Below are positions 9,855-22,119 of a stretch of DNA of 64,000 nt, one piece after another (the stretch's first letter is position 1; every line of letters begins with the position of its first letter). The stretch is from Anaerolineae bacterium (GTDB taxonomy: Bacteria > Chloroflexota > Anaerolineae > UBA1429). The stretch is from assembly GCA_963675785.1 (NCBI GenBank), contig OY776562.1:3136001-3200000 (forward strand), given 5' to 3'. The notes beneath the pieces are model-generated. The model was not told the origin of the DNA. It did not search any database and worked only from the letters and a program-made list of their open reading frames with translations. Both the position numbers and the translations under genes were made by a program.

Positions 9855-10802
9855 TTGCGCAAAATCCTCAAATTCCTGCTCAACATAATCGTTGCTCTCA
9901 TCTTGATCCTGGCTGCTGCGGCTATTTTGTTAGCGGGTTATTCTGCAGTGATGGCGGGGAATTGGGAGCAGTATTCTCTGGATGAAAACGCTCAAGGCGG
10001 AGAATGGACTTGGATTGACGATCAACCCTACCACTATGAGACCTGGGGGCCCGATGATGGCCCGGTCATCGTTCTGATACATGGCGGTTATGTCGAAGGC
10101 TCCAAAACCTGGGAGAACAATGCCACCGACATCGCTCGTTCAGGCGTACGTGTGGTTGCTGTGGACCTTGCTGGCCTTGGCCTGTCTTCTCGCAATGTAG
10201 ACCAGGATTTCACGCTAACAGGGCAGGCGCAGCTTGTGGCTATGGTGCTGAACGAATTGCGAATCGTCAATGCTACGGTGGTTGGCCACGATTATGGCGC
10301 CGCAGTGGCATTGGAACTCGCCCAGATCCAGCCGCAATTCGTGGGCAGTATAGCACTCATAGCGCCGCAGCTCGATGCTACAGCCTGGCCTAGTTGGCGT
10401 AGGTGGTCTAGCATATCTTTTCTGCGTAACGGTTTTGCTTGGGCCTTGGATTGCGGGGGGCTGTTCTGGAAGAACAGAATCGCAAGCGAATTTGTCGATC
10501 CCTCGATTGCCGCCGATTATATCGAGACGCAGCGACCCATGACACAGATCGATGGCACAATGAATGCCTTGGTAGCCATTGCCCAGACGGAAGAGCCCGG
10601 CTTGAGGGAGCAATGGCAAGAGCTGGATTTGCCGATGATGGTTATCGTTGGCGATTCGGACCCAGAAATTGATGCGGACAAGATCGGCGATGAATTCCCG
10701 AACGCCGAGCTGCGTATCATCGAGAACGCTGGGCACATGCCGCAGGTAGAAGCCAGTACACAGGTCAACCGGCTGTTGGTTCAGTTCTCTTTGGAAGATT
10801 AA
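9855..10802 (+). CDS. Membrane-anchored alpha/beta hydrolase
   Basis: N-terminal TM helix; LIHG, GHDYGA (Asp nucleophile elbow), AGHMPQ. Confidence 0.85.
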   Translation: MRKILKFLLNIIVALILILAAAAILLAGYSAVMAGNWEQYSLDENAQGGEWTWIDDQPYHYETWGPDDGPVIVLIHGGYVEGSKTWENNATDIARSGVRVVAVDLAGLGLSSRNVDQDFTLTGQAQLVAMVLNELRIVNATVVGHDYGAAVALELAQIQPQFVGSIALIAPQLDATAWPSWRRWSSISFLRNGFAWALDCGGLFWKNRIASEFVDPSIAADYIETQRPMTQIDGTMNALVAIAQTEEPGLREQWQELDLPMMVIVGDSDPEIDADKIGDEFPNAELRIIENAGHMPQVEASTQVNRLLVQFSLED

Positions 10803-10845
10803 AATAAAAAAAGAGGGGCTCGTAAGAGCCCCTCTTTTTTTATTT
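10802..10845. terminator. Bidirectional intrinsic terminator
   Basis: Perfect inverted repeat AAATAAAAAAAGAGGGGCTC-GTAA-GAGCCCCTCTTTTTTTATTT. Confidence 0.92.
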
Positions 10846-10861
10846 GCGGGAGAGATAGATA

Positions 10862-12448
10862 TTAGTCAGCGCGGTAATGGCAGCCGTGGCTGGCGCGATT
10901 TTCCCAAGCGGCACGTGCGACGATTTGTGCTGCCAGTGCAGCATGTCGCAGACTGATAAGGCTTTCTTCAAGCTGTGCGGAGCGGTAAAAGGCGTCGATA
11001 TCGTTGCCCAGATTGTTTAGATCAGACAGGGCGCGCCTGAGCCGCCGTGAGGTGCGAATGAGCCCCACATAGTACCACATGGTATGGCGTATGGTGGCCA
11101 TATCGTGCTTGATGAGCGCCGGGTCAGCCGGGTCAATGGCCTCTTTATCCGACCATTCAGGGATGTTTTCCGCATTGACCGGACTCAAACTATCGAGGGT
11201 GACGGCGATATTGCGCGCTGCGCGATAACCCCAGACCAGTCCCTCCAGCAACGAGGCGCTGCCCAGACGATTGGCGCCGTGTACGCCTGTGCACGAGACC
11301 TCACCTGCGGCGTAAAGCCGCTGCAAGCTAGTGCGTCCCCATTTATCTACCCAAACGCCACCACAGAAATAGTGGGCTGCCGGCACCACAGGAATCGGTT
11401 CCTTGGTGGGATCGACGCCATATTTCATGCAGGATTCATAGATATTGGGAAAGCGCTGCTTGATCTTGTCGGCTGGCATGACGGAGGCGATATCCAGATA
11501 GACGGAGGAAGCACCTGTGGTCAGCATTTCCTGATGGATGCCTCGGGCAACCTCATCGCGTGGTGCCAGATCGCCCCATTCAGGTGCGTAGCGGTGCATA
11601 AAGGGCTCACCACTGGCATTCAACAGATGGGCGCCTTCGCCACGTAAGGCTTCAGAGATGAGGAACTGAGAATCACCTTTGTAATAAAAGGTGGTTGGAT
11701 GAAACTGGACATACTCGGCATTGATGATGCGAGCGCCGGCCCGGTAAGCCATGGCCAGTCCGTCTCCGGTAGCTCCCTCTGGGTTAGAGGTGTGCAAGAA
11801 TATCTGCCCCAGACCGCCGGTAGCCAGAATGGTTACTTTGGCAACCACAGTGATGGTCTTGTTGTTTTTGAGGTCATAAGCATAGGCGCCCACACAAGAG
11901 AGCGGCTCATAAACGGCCCGAGGATCGGTCGAGTGATGGGCGGGCGTGAGTAAGTCAACGGCAACATGTTGGGTGAGGATATGCACGTTGGGTCGATCTT
12001 TGAGGGCATGCATCAGGGCCCTCTCAATTGCGTTTCCGGTTGAATCATTGACGTGCAAGATACGGCTGGTCGAATGGGCTGCCTCACGCGTGCGCTCTAG
12101 CAGGTTGTTCTCATCCATGGTAAAGGGTACGGCGTACTCATCTACCAATAGTTGGCGAACCAGCTGAGGCCCCTCGTGGGCTAGAATATCCACGGCCTCG
12201 CGGTTGTTGATGTCATCGCCAGCTCGAATCAGGTCTGCTGCAAGCTGCTCGGGAGAGTCCTCATTGCCCTGATAGATAATACCACCCTGCGCATAACGGG
12301 TATTGGTCTCCTCGGGCTCTTTGGATTTGGTGATGATCATGATGCGCAGCTTTTCGTTCTCCGAAAGACGTAGCGCTGCCGTGGCCCCGGCAATGCCGCA
12401 GCCGATGATCAGCACATCACAGGTTAGCTTTTCGCCATTTTCACTCAT
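10862..12448 (-). CDS. nadB: L-aspartate oxidase
   Basis: GCGIAG, YAQGGI, EAAHS..RILH, QFHPT, HGANRLGSASLLE; start placed at MSENGEK. Confidence 0.95.
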   Translation of the reverse strand: MSENGEKLTCDVLIIGCGIAGATAALRLSENEKLRIMIITKSKEPEETNTRYAQGGIIYQGNEDSPEQLAADLIRAGDDINNREAVDILAHEGPQLVRQLLVDEYAVPFTMDENNLLERTREAAHSTSRILHVNDSTGNAIERALMHALKDRPNVHILTQHVAVDLLTPAHHSTDPRAVYEPLSCVGAYAYDLKNNKTITVVAKVTILATGGLGQIFLHTSNPEGATGDGLAMAYRAGARIINAEYVQFHPTTFYYKGDSQFLISEALRGEGAHLLNASGEPFMHRYAPEWGDLAPRDEVARGIHQEMLTTGASSVYLDIASVMPADKIKQRFPNIYESCMKYGVDPTKEPIPVVPAAHYFCGGVWVDKWGRTSLQRLYAAGEVSCTGVHGANRLGSASLLEGLVWGYRAARNIAVTLDSLSPVNAENIPEWSDKEAIDPADPALIKHDMATIRHTMWYYVGLIRTSRRLRRALSDLNNLGNDIDAFYRSAQLEESLISLRHAALAAQIVARAAWENRASHGCHYRAD

Positions 12449-12449
12449 C

Positions 12450-13502
12450 TCAATTTGCCTCCAACATGCGCTCGAGAGCGAGGCGTGCCCACCTAGCAAT
12501 CTCTTGAGGAACGGTGACAACATTGTGGGGTTCGCCCGCAACCAGGCCTTGCAGCACATTGAGTAAATGCTGGGGAGTGGTTATGCCCATAGTTCGGCAG
12601 TATCGCTCTGCAAGCGGAACGATGGTTCTATCAGGATATTCTCTATCTAGACGGTGAACGAGATTGCACTCGGTGCCGACGACGATGGTCGAGCCAGGGG
12701 CGGATTCCTCGACGAAAGCAATGATGCCCGTTGTCGAACCAGAAGCATCGGCCAAAGCGACGACCTCGTGGCGGCATTCCGGATGAACGACGATGCGTGC
12801 ATTCGGATAGGTCTTTCGCGCATTCATAACGTCCTGCACGGTCATGCCCTGGTGCACTGAACAAAAGCCCTTCCAGACGACAACACGCTTATCTGCAAAA
12901 GTCTCTGGTGATGCTGATGAACTGGGATTCCACAAACCAATTTCTTCGAGGGGGATGCCCATTTGCAGGGCGGTGTTGGTGCCCAGATGCTCGTCGGGCA
13001 TGAACAGGATGTGGCCTTGGCGAGCAAAAGCCCACTTGAAGATGGCCTCAGCATTGGCAGAAGTACACACTGCACCGCCGTGTTGGCCAACAAAGGCCTT
13101 GGTTTCCGCGGTCGAGTTCTGGTAGGTAATGGGAATCAAATCGTCACCCCAGACCGTTTGCAGAGTCTGCCAGGCAATCGCCGCATCTTGGGCTGTAGTC
13201 ATACGCGCCATGGGGCAGAAGGCCTCTGGCGCCGGTTGCATAACAGTCTGTTTTGCGGAACAAAGAATGGCGGCTGTTTCCGCCATAAAAACTACACCGC
13301 AAAAGATGATATAGGGTGCACTGGTAGCGGCTGCTTGTTTTGAAAGCCCCAACGAATCACCACGGTAATCTGCAAATTGGATGACCTCATCGGGCTGGTA
13401 ATGGTGCCCCAGAATGGTGATACGTTCACCAAGCTCTGCTTTGAGGCGTGCAATCTCCGCAAGGACATCTTCTGTTGCGTTTGAAGACATTTCAGGGACC
13501 AT
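12450..13502 (-). CDS. nadA: Quinolinate synthase
   Basis: LGHHYQ, GDS, FCGVVFMAE, FCPMA, VCTSANA, GFCSVH, VHPEC. Confidence 0.96.
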   Translation of the reverse strand: MVPEMSSNATEDVLAEIARLKAELGERITILGHHYQPDEVIQFADYRGDSLGLSKQAAATSAPYIIFCGVVFMAETAAILCSAKQTVMQPAPEAFCPMARMTTAQDAAIAWQTLQTVWGDDLIPITYQNSTAETKAFVGQHGGAVCTSANAEAIFKWAFARQGHILFMPDEHLGTNTALQMGIPLEEIGLWNPSSSASPETFADKRVVVWKGFCSVHQGMTVQDVMNARKTYPNARIVVHPECRHEVVALADASGSTTGIIAFVEESAPGSTIVVGTECNLVHRLDREYPDRTIVPLAERYCRTMGITTPQHLLNVLQGLVAGEPHNVVTVPQEIARWARLALERMLEAN

Positions 13503-13503
13503 A

Positions 13504-14361
13504 CTATCGCCTTTTCTGGAGGGGACTATCGACGATGGTCACATCCAGACTGATATCGAGAGCTTTGACCGAATGGGTCAGAGCACCCACCGAGATAAAA
13601 TCAACACCGGTTGCCGCCACCTCGGCTACGTTCTCCAGAGTGATGCCCCCAGAGGCTTCAAGCTCAACTCGCCCTGCGACCATTTCGACGGCCTGGCGCA
13701 TCATGGCGGGAGGCATGTTGTCCAGCATGATGCGGTCCACGTGAAGAGCAAGTGCCTGTTCGAGTTGGTCGAATTGCTCGACTTCGACTTCGATCTTGAG
13801 ATGTGGCGCTGTGGCACGCGCCCGGGCCACGGCGGCCTCGATGGATCCGGCTGCCTCAATATGGTTATCTTTGATCATGATCATGTCATAGAGGCCGTGG
13901 CGGTGGTTGGTAGCGCCGCCAATTGCTACGGCCATTTTGTCCAACAGGCGCAGGCCGGGCACGGTTTTACGCGTATCCAGAATGATGGCCTTGGTGCCAG
14001 CCGCCGCTTGCTGATATTGATGCGACATGGTGGCTATGCCAGACATGCGCTGTAAGAAATTCAGAGCCAGGCGTTCTGCCGTCAAAATGCCCGGCCCCTT
14101 GCCCTGTACGCGGGCAATAATGTCGCCCTTGGCAACCGAAGAGCCGTCAGGCAAGAGGGTGGTAAAGGCAATCCTCTCATCGACTTGGCGGAATACTTCG
14201 ATGGCCACCTCGATGCCAGCGACGATACCATCGGCCTTGGCCAGAAACTGTCCTTCGAGGAGCGTATTGGGAGGAATCGTGGCCAAGCTGGTCACATCAC
14301 CGGGACCGATATCTTCGGCAAGCGCTCGTGCTACGATGTCCTGGATTTGTGCTTGGATCAT
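13504..14361 (-). CDS. nadC: Nicotinate-nucleotide diphosphorylase (quinolinate phosphoribosyltransferase)
   Basis: ALAEDIG.GDVT, DTRKTVPG, HRHGL.D..MIKDNH, MLDNM, EASGG. Confidence 0.96.
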   Translation of the reverse strand: MIQAQIQDIVARALAEDIGPGDVTSLATIPPNTLLEGQFLAKADGIVAGIEVAIEVFRQVDERIAFTTLLPDGSSVAKGDIIARVQGKGPGILTAERLALNFLQRMSGIATMSHQYQQAAAGTKAIILDTRKTVPGLRLLDKMAVAIGGATNHRHGLYDMIMIKDNHIEAAGSIEAAVARARATAPHLKIEVEVEQFDQLEQALALHVDRIMLDNMPPAMMRQAVEMVAGRVELEASGGITLENVAEVAATGVDFISVGALTHSVKALDISLDVTIVDSPLQKRR

Positions 14362-14398
14362 GGTCTTCTCCAGCAGCCTTTCAAAGTGTATTGTTTCT

Positions 14399-14427
14399 AT
14401 TTTACCGCTCTGTGCCAAGACGCGCAA
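14399..14427 (-). promoter_or_regulatory. sigma70-type promoter for nadCAB
   Basis: Minus strand TTGCGC-N17-TAAAAT. Confidence 0.55.
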
Positions 14428-14442
14428 AGGTTCGCCAAATAT

Positions 14443-14475
14443 AAAAATGCACCCGCATCACTCGATGCGGGTGCA
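14443..14475 (-). terminator. Terminator of the ilv-leu operon
   Basis: TGCACCCGCATC-GAGT-GATGCGGGTGCA followed by TTTTT on the minus strand. Confidence 0.88.
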
Positions 14476-14491
14476 CGGCATTATGTAGAAA

Positions 14492-15415
14492 CTAGGAGGC
14501 GTGCGTAAGCCAGCCATACACATCTGGTGCTTTACCGGTGGCGATATCAAAGAAGCGTTCTCGGATCGCTTCGGTGATGGGCCCAACTAGACCATTACCG
14601 ACCGGAAGGCCGTCAACTGAGCCAATAGGCGTGATCTCTGCGGCGGTGCCGCAAAAGAACAGCTCGTCAGCTATATACAGGTGTTCGCGCGCGATCTGGA
14701 CTTCATGAGTCGTATAGCCCAATTCGCTGGCGATTTTCAACACGGCGTTGCGGGTAATGCCACCCAGGATAGAACCGGCCTGGGGGGTCAAAAGTTCGCC
14801 ATCGCGCACCATAAAGATGTTCTCGCCGCTGCCCTCGGCCACATAACCGTAAACATCCAAGGCGATGGCTTCATCATAGCCATGCTCGTGGGCTTCCATG
14901 TTCAAAAGTTGCGAATTGGTATAATGCCCCCCCGCTTTGACTGCCGCTGGGAAGGTATCGGGCGCCATACGACGCCAGGACGATACACCAGCACGTACAC
15001 CCTTGGCTTCGTCGGCCTCGCCTACAAGATACTTGCCCCAATCCCAGGCCGCGACAATGACCTCTACTGGGCAGCCAAAAGGAGATACGCCAAGCTGCTC
15101 ATAACCTCTGAAAACGAGCGGCCGAATATAGCACCCCTTGAGGCCGTTCTTGGCGACGGTGTCCACAATGGCTTTTTCGATTTCTTCAGGAGTAAAGGGA
15201 ATCTCCATGCGGTACACTTTGCAAGATTCGAACAGGCGACGAACGTGTTCTTTCAGGCGAAAGACAGCCGGGCCCTTGGGTGTGTCATAGGCACGAATAC
15301 CCTCAAAAATGCTCGATCCATAATGAAGTGCATGGCTCAGCACGTGGACTTTGGCATCATCCCAAGCGACAAACTCGCCATTGAACCAGATGTACTCGGA
15401 TTTGTTGAACGGCAT
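14492..15415 (-). CDS. ilvE: Branched-chain amino acid aminotransferase
   Basis: [43 protein letters not shown]. Confidence 0.96.
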   Translation of the reverse strand: MPFNKSEYIWFNGEFVAWDDAKVHVLSHALHYGSSIFEGIRAYDTPKGPAVFRLKEHVRRLFESCKVYRMEIPFTPEEIEKAIVDTVAKNGLKGCYIRPLVFRGYEQLGVSPFGCPVEVIVAAWDWGKYLVGEADEAKGVRAGVSSWRRMAPDTFPAAVKAGGHYTNSQLLNMEAHEHGYDEAIALDVYGYVAEGSGENIFMVRDGELLTPQAGSILGGITRNAVLKIASELGYTTHEVQIAREHLYIADELFFCGTAAEITPIGSVDGLPVGNGLVGPITEAIRERFFDIATGKAPDVYGWLTHAS

Positions 15416-15431
15416 ACTGCCCTCCTGCTCG

Positions 15432-16499
15432 TTATTCGTTGACGATTGAAACGATCAAATCGCCCATTTCGCGCGTGCCCAGCGTTTGGCATGTGGGCTC
15501 GGCGATATCGGCGGTACGATACCCGCGAAGCAAAACTTGTTGAATGGCTGCCTCTATGCATACGGCTTCTGCTTCTAACTTGAGCGAATAGCGGAGCAGT
15601 AGCGCGGCACTGAGGATGGCAGCCATGGGGTTGGCAATGTTCTTGCCGGCTATATCTGGTGCAGTACCGTGAATTGGCTCGTAGAGGCCAAATGAACCCT
15701 CAGCCAGCGAAGCCGAAGGCAACATACCCATAGAGCCGGTGAGCATGGAAGCTTCATCAGTGAGAATATCGCCAAATAGATTTGCGGTGACGATGACATC
15801 AAAAGCTGCTGGCCGACGAATGAGGTGCATAGCACAGGCGTCTACCAAGAGTTCATCGTAGGCCACATCGGGATATTCACTGGCTACCTTGCGGGCGGTC
15901 TCTCGCCATAACCGTGAGCTCTCGAGCACGTTGGCTTTGTCGACCGAAGTAACGTGCTTTTTGCGCCCACGGGCAAGTTCAAAGGCTTTACGCACCACGC
16001 GCTCTATCTCGGCTCGGGTGTAGATCATGGTATCGTAAGCGGTGTTACCGTCGTCTTTGCGTCCGCGTTCGCCAAAGTAGATGCCGCCAGTGAGTTCACG
16101 CACGACCAGCAGGTCTGTGCCCTTGAGCGTCTCGGCCTTGATGGTGGATGCCTCGACGAGTTCTGGGAAGAGCTTGACTGGGCGCAGGTTGGCATACAGC
16201 CCCAAGCTCTTACGGATGCCCATGAGCCCCTGCTCAGGGCGAACACTGGCGGTGGGGTCATCCCATTTGGGGCCACCTACGGCGCCAAACAAGACGGCAT
16301 CCGAGTTCTTGCAGAGCACAATGGTTTCCTCGGGCAATGGATTCCCAGTTGTGTCGATGGCAATTCCGCCAATCAGGCCGCCCTTGAAGGTAAAGCTGTG
16401 CCCGAACTTGGCCGCTACAGCAGTGAGCACCTTGCGGGCTTCGGTTGTTACATCAACGCCGATACCATCTCCGGCGAGAACTGCAATATTCGCATCCAT
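15432..16499 (-). CDS. leuB: 3-isopropylmalate dehydrogenase
   Basis: [48 protein letters not shown]. Confidence 0.97.
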   Translation of the reverse strand: MDANIAVLAGDGIGVDVTTEARKVLTAVAAKFGHSFTFKGGLIGGIAIDTTGNPLPEETIVLCKNSDAVLFGAVGGPKWDDPTASVRPEQGLMGIRKSLGLYANLRPVKLFPELVEASTIKAETLKGTDLLVVRELTGGIYFGERGRKDDGNTAYDTMIYTRAEIERVVRKAFELARGRKKHVTSVDKANVLESSRLWRETARKVASEYPDVAYDELLVDACAMHLIRRPAAFDVIVTANLFGDILTDEASMLTGSMGMLPSASLAEGSFGLYEPIHGTAPDIAGKNIANPMAAILSAALLLRYSLKLEAEAVCIEAAIQQVLLRGYRTADIAEPTCQTLGTREMGDLIVSIVNE

Positions 16500-16519
16500 G
16501 CTTGTAACCTCTCGTTTAT

Positions 16520-17365
16520 CTATGCCTGACTGAGCGGTTGTTTGGCGCGTGAATAAGAGCCAAAGACGCGCACAAAGGTCGTCATTTCTTCCAACTGGTC
16601 AAGGGCTTTTTGGCAGCGTGTTTCGGCCAAGCTTCCCTGAAAATCGAGATAAAAGACATACTGCCAGGGCTTGCCGCGCAATGGCCGGGACTCGATCTTG
16701 CTCAGGTCAATGCCGCGTAGTGCAAAGGCAGCAATACACTGGAACAAGAGACCGGGCTCGTTCTGTCCGGCAAAAGCCAGGGAGGTTTTTGCATCTTTGG
16801 GGTCATCCAAAGGTTCACGCCCAAGGAGCACAAATCGCGTAAAATTGGAGGGATCATCCTCCATGTGCTCATCCAGGATCTGCATACCGTACAGTTCGGC
16901 GGCACCCTTACCCGCCAATGCGGCGGCATCACGCCAGCCTTCAGTTTTGAGCATACGCACACTGCCGGCGGTGTCTTCGGCTACAAAGGTCTCTACACCC
17001 TCTAGGCGTTTGAGATTGTGTTCGCACTGGGCCAGGGCCTGGGGATGCGAATAGACGCGCTTGATCTCACTCAACGTAACGCCCGGCTGGGCAATCAGAC
17101 AGTGGCAAATCTGCTCGACATGCTCGGCACGAATATGCAGATCATGTTTGAGCAGCAGATCGTAATTGCGGTGTACGCTGCCCGCCAGCGAATTCTCCAA
17201 GGGAACGACGCCGAATTCACACTCGCCGCTTTCAATAGCCTCGAACACGTCATCAAAGCTCTGCTTGGGCAACGTTTCGGCATCTGGCCCTAATAGAGCA
17301 ACACAGGCGAGTTCACTATAGGCGCCATGTTCTCCCTGAAAGGCGACACGTGTTTTAGCTGGCAT
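16520..17365 (-). CDS. pheA: Prephenate dehydratase with ACT domain (no chorismate mutase domain)
   Basis: [42 protein letters not shown]. Confidence 0.95.
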   Translation of the reverse strand: MPAKTRVAFQGEHGAYSELACVALLGPDAETLPKQSFDDVFEAIESGECEFGVVPLENSLAGSVHRNYDLLLKHDLHIRAEHVEQICHCLIAQPGVTLSEIKRVYSHPQALAQCEHNLKRLEGVETFVAEDTAGSVRMLKTEGWRDAAALAGKGAAELYGMQILDEHMEDDPSNFTRFVLLGREPLDDPKDAKTSLAFAGQNEPGLLFQCIAAFALRGIDLSKIESRPLRGKPWQYVFYLDFQGSLAETRCQKALDQLEEMTTFVRVFGSYSRAKQPLSQA

Positions 17366-17867
17366 CTAGTTTCTCCCTGGCGAGGCGTTGCTTGGTATGG
17401 GGCACCAAACCACCAGCATGAATGATATCCAACATAAACTGCGGATACACCGTTGCTTCGTACGATTTGTTCAGTGTTTCGTTGGTGATTTTGCCCAAGG
17501 CCAAATCCACCGAGAGCACGTGACCTTGTTTGGCTTCAGCCACGGCCTCTGGGCATTCCAAAATGGGCAGGCCGATATTAATAGCATTGCGGAAAAAGAT
17601 GCGGGCGAATGTTTCAGCGATGACGCAGCTGATGCCCGCCGCTTTGATGGCTACCGGCGCATGTTCTCGCGAAGAGCCGCAGCCAAAGTTACGGCCGGCG
17701 ACGATGATGTCGCCCGGCTTGATCTTGGCCAAAAAGGTCTCGTCGATGTCCTCCATGCAGTGCGCGGCCAGTTCCTCGGGATCAGAGGAGTTCAGGTATC
17801 GCGCCGGAATGATGGCGTCGGTATCTACGTTATTGCCGTAGCGAAAGACGGTTCCTTTGATGCTCAT
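17355..17867 (-). CDS. leuD: 3-isopropylmalate dehydratase small subunit (short type)
   Basis: [39 protein letters not shown]. Confidence 0.96.
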   Translation of the reverse strand: MSIKGTVFRYGNNVDTDAIIPARYLNSSDPEELAAHCMEDIDETFLAKIKPGDIIVAGRNFGCGSSREHAPVAIKAAGISCVIAETFARIFFRNAINIGLPILECPEAVAEAKQGHVLSVDLALGKITNETLNKSYEATVYPQFMLDIIHAGGLVPHTKQRLAREKLDAS

Positions 17868-17882
17868 ATCGGCTCTCCTATA

Positions 17883-19220
17883 TTAGCTCTGCCGCCGTTC
17901 CAGCTCGCGGGTGATGGTGTCCTTGATGAGTACCGCATCGGCTGGCAATTCAATGGGCGGATTGGCATGCAATGATTCGACTTCTTCCAGTTGCTTTTGA
18001 TGGTAGGCGACCTTGAAATTGGTGAATTTCAGGCCATGAGCGGTCGAGATGACGATGACACGCTCGTTGTGTTTGATAACGCCACGGTCGAGCAGTTTGA
18101 ACAATGCTGCCAGGGCTACGCCAGTATGTGGGCAGGTGTACATGCCAGTCAGATCAGCGCGTGCTGTGGCGTCGGCCAGTTCGTGTTCGGTGGCCTGCTC
18201 TACCACGCCATCGAATGCTTGGAGAACTTTGACGGCCTTTTCATAGCTTACTGGGTTGCCGATCTGGATGGCGCTAGCAGCCGTCTTTTGGGCCTGGATG
18301 GGGGCAAAGGTCTCAAACCCCGTCTGATAGGCCAGATAGAAGGGATTGGCCCGTTCGGATTGGGCAGCCACCAGCCTGGGCAGCTTGTCGATGAGCCCCA
18401 ACTCTTTCATGAGCAAGAGGCCTTTGCCCAAGGCGCTGATATTGCCTAGGTTGCCGACGGGCATGATGATCCAATCGGGTACCTGCCAATCGAACTGCTG
18501 GACGATCTCGATGCCCACTGTCTTTTGGCCTTCGACTCGCAACGAGTTCATCGAATTGGCCAAATAGATCGAGTTATCCTGAGTGATCTCTTTGACGATG
18601 GCCATGCAGCCATCAAAATCGGTATCCAATGAGAGGACCATGGCTCCGTTGCAGGTAGGTTGTACCAGTTGGGCTGCAGAAACCTTGTCTCGCGGCAAAA
18701 ATACGATGGACTGGATGCCCGCAGCAGCGCAGTAAGCAGCCAGAGCAGCCGAGGTATCGCCAGTGGAAGCGCAGGCGATGGCTTGGACTGGCGATCCTTG
18801 GGACATCATCTGTTTGACTACGCTAACCAGGACAGTCATACCTAGATCCTTGAAAGAACCGGTGTGACTATTGCCGCACAACTTGACCCAAAGCTCATCC
18901 ATGCCAAGTTGACGACCAAGGCGCTCTGCCCAGAACAAGTTGGTGTTGCCCTCGTACATCGAGACTACATTTTCAGGCTCGATCTGCGGGCATACCCACT
19001 CCTTTTTGCCCCACACGCCGCTGCCGTAGGGCCAGCTGGTAGTGTGTGCGCGCTCAGAGAACAGGCTCTGCCATTCCTCAGCAGTTGTTTGTTTCAGAGC
19101 CTCTACGTCGTGGCAGACCTCAAGAAGGCCGCCGCATTTTGGGCAGCGGTAGATGACGTCAAAGATCGAATACCGCCCCTCGCACCCACGTACACACTGG
19201 AACCAGCTATCCAGTTGCAT
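17883..19220 (-). CDS. thrC: Threonine synthase (plant-like subtype) with N-terminal Cys motif
   Basis: [47 protein letters not shown]. Confidence 0.94.
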   Translation of the reverse strand: MQLDSWFQCVRGCEGRYSIFDVIYRCPKCGGLLEVCHDVEALKQTTAEEWQSLFSERAHTTSWPYGSGVWGKKEWVCPQIEPENVVSMYEGNTNLFWAERLGRQLGMDELWVKLCGNSHTGSFKDLGMTVLVSVVKQMMSQGSPVQAIACASTGDTSAALAAYCAAAGIQSIVFLPRDKVSAAQLVQPTCNGAMVLSLDTDFDGCMAIVKEITQDNSIYLANSMNSLRVEGQKTVGIEIVQQFDWQVPDWIIMPVGNLGNISALGKGLLLMKELGLIDKLPRLVAAQSERANPFYLAYQTGFETFAPIQAQKTAASAIQIGNPVSYEKAVKVLQAFDGVVEQATEHELADATARADLTGMYTCPHTGVALAALFKLLDRGVIKHNERVIVISTAHGLKFTNFKVAYHQKQLEEVESLHANPPIELPADAVLIKDTITRELERRQS

Positions 19221-19258
19221 GTCGATCCCCTTTTTACTACCAGTTCATTCCACGATGC

Positions 19259-20533
19259 TTATTCTAGCTCTTGTGGCGTAGCGATGCGACCCATGACGGC
19301 ACTAGCCGCGGCAACAGCCGGGCTGGCCAGATACACTTCGCTCTCGGTGTGGCCCATGCGCCCCACAAAGTTGCGATTGGTGGTCGAAACGCAACGCTCG
19401 CCGGCCGCCAGAACGCCCATATGGCCGCCCAGACAGGGGCCACAGGTTGGCGTGCTGAACACGGCGCCGGCATCCACAAAGATGGTGGCCAAACCCTCTT
19501 CGACTGCCCGGCGGTAAATGGCCTGCGTGCCGGGAATGATGATGCAGCGCAGATTCGGGTTGACCTGGCGCCCCTTGAGCAGGTTAGCTGCGGTAACCAG
19601 ATCTTCCCAACGGCCATTGGTGCAAGAGCCAATGACCACCTGATCGATGGTTACATCGGTGGATTCGCTGACGCCGCGGGTGTTGCTAGGTAAATGCGGA
19701 AAAGCGATTTGCGGCTCGATAGCGCTGGCGTCGATTTCGATGATCTGCGAGACGGGTGCATTAGCATCGCCGGCAATCGCCTTGTAGGGGCGCTTGGCCC
19801 TGGGCTGTACATAGGCTTTTGTGATAGCATCAACGTAGAACATGCCGGCTTTGGCACCCGCTTCAATGGCCATGTTGGACATGGTCAGGCGGCTATCCAT
19901 ACTCAAGGTATCGATGGTTGGGCCAGTGAATTCGATTGCGTCGTACAGAGCACCGTCTACACCAACTTTGCCAATGGTGTAGAGGATGAGGTCTTTTCCG
20001 CTCACCCAAGGCTGCAGCTTGCCGGTGTAGACAAAGCGGAGGGTTTCGGGCACTTTCATCCAGGCCTGGCCAGTAGCCATAGCCACGGCAATATCAGTAG
20101 ATCCCATACCGGTGGCAAAGGCCCCCACGGCACCATAAGTGCAGGTATGCGAATCGGCGCCGACGATGATGTCGCCGGGCAGCACCAGGCCTTGTTCGGG
20201 CAGTAGGGCGTGTTCGATACCCATGCGGCCCACTTCGAAATAGTTAACGATGCCGTACTTGTGGGCAAACTCACGCATCATCTTGGCTTGTTCGGCCGAT
20301 TTGATGTCTTTGTTGGGCGTAAAGTGATCGGGCACGAGGGTGATGCGTTCCTTATCAAAGACCTTGTCTACACCCAGCTTGCCAAACTCGATGATAGCCA
20401 ACGGGGCAGTAATGTCGTTGGCCAGCACCATATCCACGTCTACTTGCACCAAGTCGCCAGGTTTGACGAACTCTTGGCCACAATGGGCAGCGAGAATGGC
20501 TTCTGCCATGGTCATCGGGGCATGATTGCTCAT
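19259..20533 (-). CDS. leuC: 3-isopropylmalate dehydratase large subunit (short type 2)
   Basis: [40 protein letters not shown]. Confidence 0.96.
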   Translation of the reverse strand: MSNHAPMTMAEAILAAHCGQEFVKPGDLVQVDVDMVLANDITAPLAIIEFGKLGVDKVFDKERITLVPDHFTPNKDIKSAEQAKMMREFAHKYGIVNYFEVGRMGIEHALLPEQGLVLPGDIIVGADSHTCTYGAVGAFATGMGSTDIAVAMATGQAWMKVPETLRFVYTGKLQPWVSGKDLILYTIGKVGVDGALYDAIEFTGPTIDTLSMDSRLTMSNMAIEAGAKAGMFYVDAITKAYVQPRAKRPYKAIAGDANAPVSQIIEIDASAIEPQIAFPHLPSNTRGVSESTDVTIDQVVIGSCTNGRWEDLVTAANLLKGRQVNPNLRCIIIPGTQAIYRRAVEEGLATIFVDAGAVFSTPTCGPCLGGHMGVLAAGERCVSTTNRNFVGRMGHTESEVYLASPAVAAASAVMGRIATPQELE

Positions 20534-22119
20534 GCGTTGCCTTCCTTTTCTTCAGAGGGGGTGCCGTTTTGTTGGGTGGACAGCAGTTTGTTCAAGGCAC
20601 TGAGATAGGCCTTGCCGCTTGCCACGATGATGTCCGTATCGGTGCCGTGGCCGCTAAAGGTGCGATGCTGTACGCCGGTTTGCGGATTGATTCCGCGGCT
20701 CGATTCGGCCTCAGCTTCGATACGGATGAGCACTTCACCTTGAGCATCGATACCTTCGGTGACCGAGTTGACGGTAAATTCGCAGAGCTCGTTGGGTACG
20801 CCAACGATGCGGTTGATGGCGCGATAGACGGCGTCTACTGGGCCAGCGCCGTGGGCCGAATCCGTCAGGACAGCGTTGTTGGGGCCGCGCAGTCTGACCG
20901 TGGCCGTGGGAATGGCGTGATCGCCGCAGGATACCTGTAGTTGTTCCAGCGCATAGACTTCCGTCGGCTGAAAGACCTCGTCAGATACCAGAGCTTCGAG
21001 GTCGGCTTCAGAGACGGTCTTTTTCTTGTCTGCCAGATCCTTGAATCGCTCATAGGCGCGGTCGAGCTGTTCTTTGTCCAAGTGAAAGCCCATCTCTTCC
21101 AAGCGTTCAGCCAGAGCATGGCGCCCCGAATGCTTACCCAGCACAAGGCGGCTGGCCGGAACGCCTACGGTGCTTGCATCCATGATTTCATAGGTCAGAC
21201 GGTTCTTGAGGACGCCATCCTGGTGGATGCCTGCTTCGTGAGCAAAGGCATTGGCACCGACAATGGCCTTGTTGGCTTGCACGTTCAGGCCGGTAAAAGA
21301 CGAGACCATGCGGCTGGATGGATAGATTTCGGTGGAGTGGATGTTGGTGCCGAGATCGTAGCGTGATTGCCTGACGTACAGGGCCATGACGACCTCTTCG
21401 AGGGCCGCATTGCCAGCACGTTCACCGATGCCATTGACAGTGCATTCTACCTGGCGAGCGCCATTCTCCAACCCGGCCAGGGTATTGGCTACTGCTAACC
21501 CCAGGTCGTTGTGGCAGTGCACCGAGATGATGGCTTTGTCGATGTCTGGCGTTTTCTCGGCGATGCCCTTGATCAGACCACCAAATTCGCTGGGTGTCAG
21601 ATATCCCACGGTATCGGGGATATTCAGGGTCGTAGCTCCAGCGGCGATGGCTTCTCCCAATACCTCATAGAGGAACTCGGGGTCCGAACGTCCGGCATCT
21701 TCGGGCGAGAACTCGACGTCCTCACACAGCGAACGCGCATAACTAACCATCTCGCGCGTCAGAACAACCACTTCAGCGGGCGTTTTGCCCAACTTGTGCT
21801 GCATATGAATCGGTGAGGTCGCGATAAAGACGTGAATACGGGCGTGTTCGGCATCCTTGAGGGCCGCCCAAGCCTTGTCGATATCGCTTCTGACGCAGCG
21901 GGCCAGGCCGCAAATCGTCGGGCGGCGCACACTTTCAGCCACCAGGCGCACAGCTTCCTGATCGCCGGGCGACGAGGCAGGAAAGCCCGCTTCGATGACA
22001 TCCACGCCCAGACGATCCAGCTGTTGAGCAATGCGGATCTTTTCGTGGGTATGCATGGTTGCGCCCGGAGATTGTTCCCCGTCGCGCAGGGTTGTATCAA
22101 AAATGATTATATTATCCAT
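20530..22119 (-). CDS. leuA: 2-isopropylmalate synthase
   Basis: [38 protein letters not shown], regulatory GPVDA. Confidence 0.96.
   Translation of the reverse strand: MDNIIIFDTTLRDGEQSPGATMHTHEKIRIAQQLDRLGVDVIEAGFPASSPGDQEAVRLVAESVRRPTICGLARCVRSDIDKAWAALKDAEHARIHVFIATSPIHMQHKLGKTPAEVVVLTREMVSYARSLCEDVEFSPEDAGRSDPEFLYEVLGEAIAAGATTLNIPDTVGYLTPSEFGGLIKGIAEKTPDIDKAIISVHCHNDLGLAVANTLAGLENGARQVECTVNGIGERAGNAALEEVVMALYVRQSRYDLGTNIHSTEIYPSSRMVSSFTGLNVQANKAIVGANAFAHEAGIHQDGVLKNRLTYEIMDASTVGVPASRLVLGKHSGRHALAERLEEMGFHLDKEQLDRAYERFKDLADKKKTVSEADLEALVSDEVFQPTEVYALEQLQVSCGDHAIPTATVRLRGPNNAVLTDSAHGAGPVDAVYRAINRIVGVPNELCEFTVNSVTEGIDAQGEVLIRIEAEAESSRGINPQTGVQHRTFSGHGTDTDIIVASGKAYLSALNKLLSTQQNGTPSEEKEGNA

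Noticed and set aside
14383-14403. Weak palindrome at the nadC promoter as an NrtR/NiaR-type operator
   Set aside because: Only about 4/6 arm symmetry and no regulator gene in the window.
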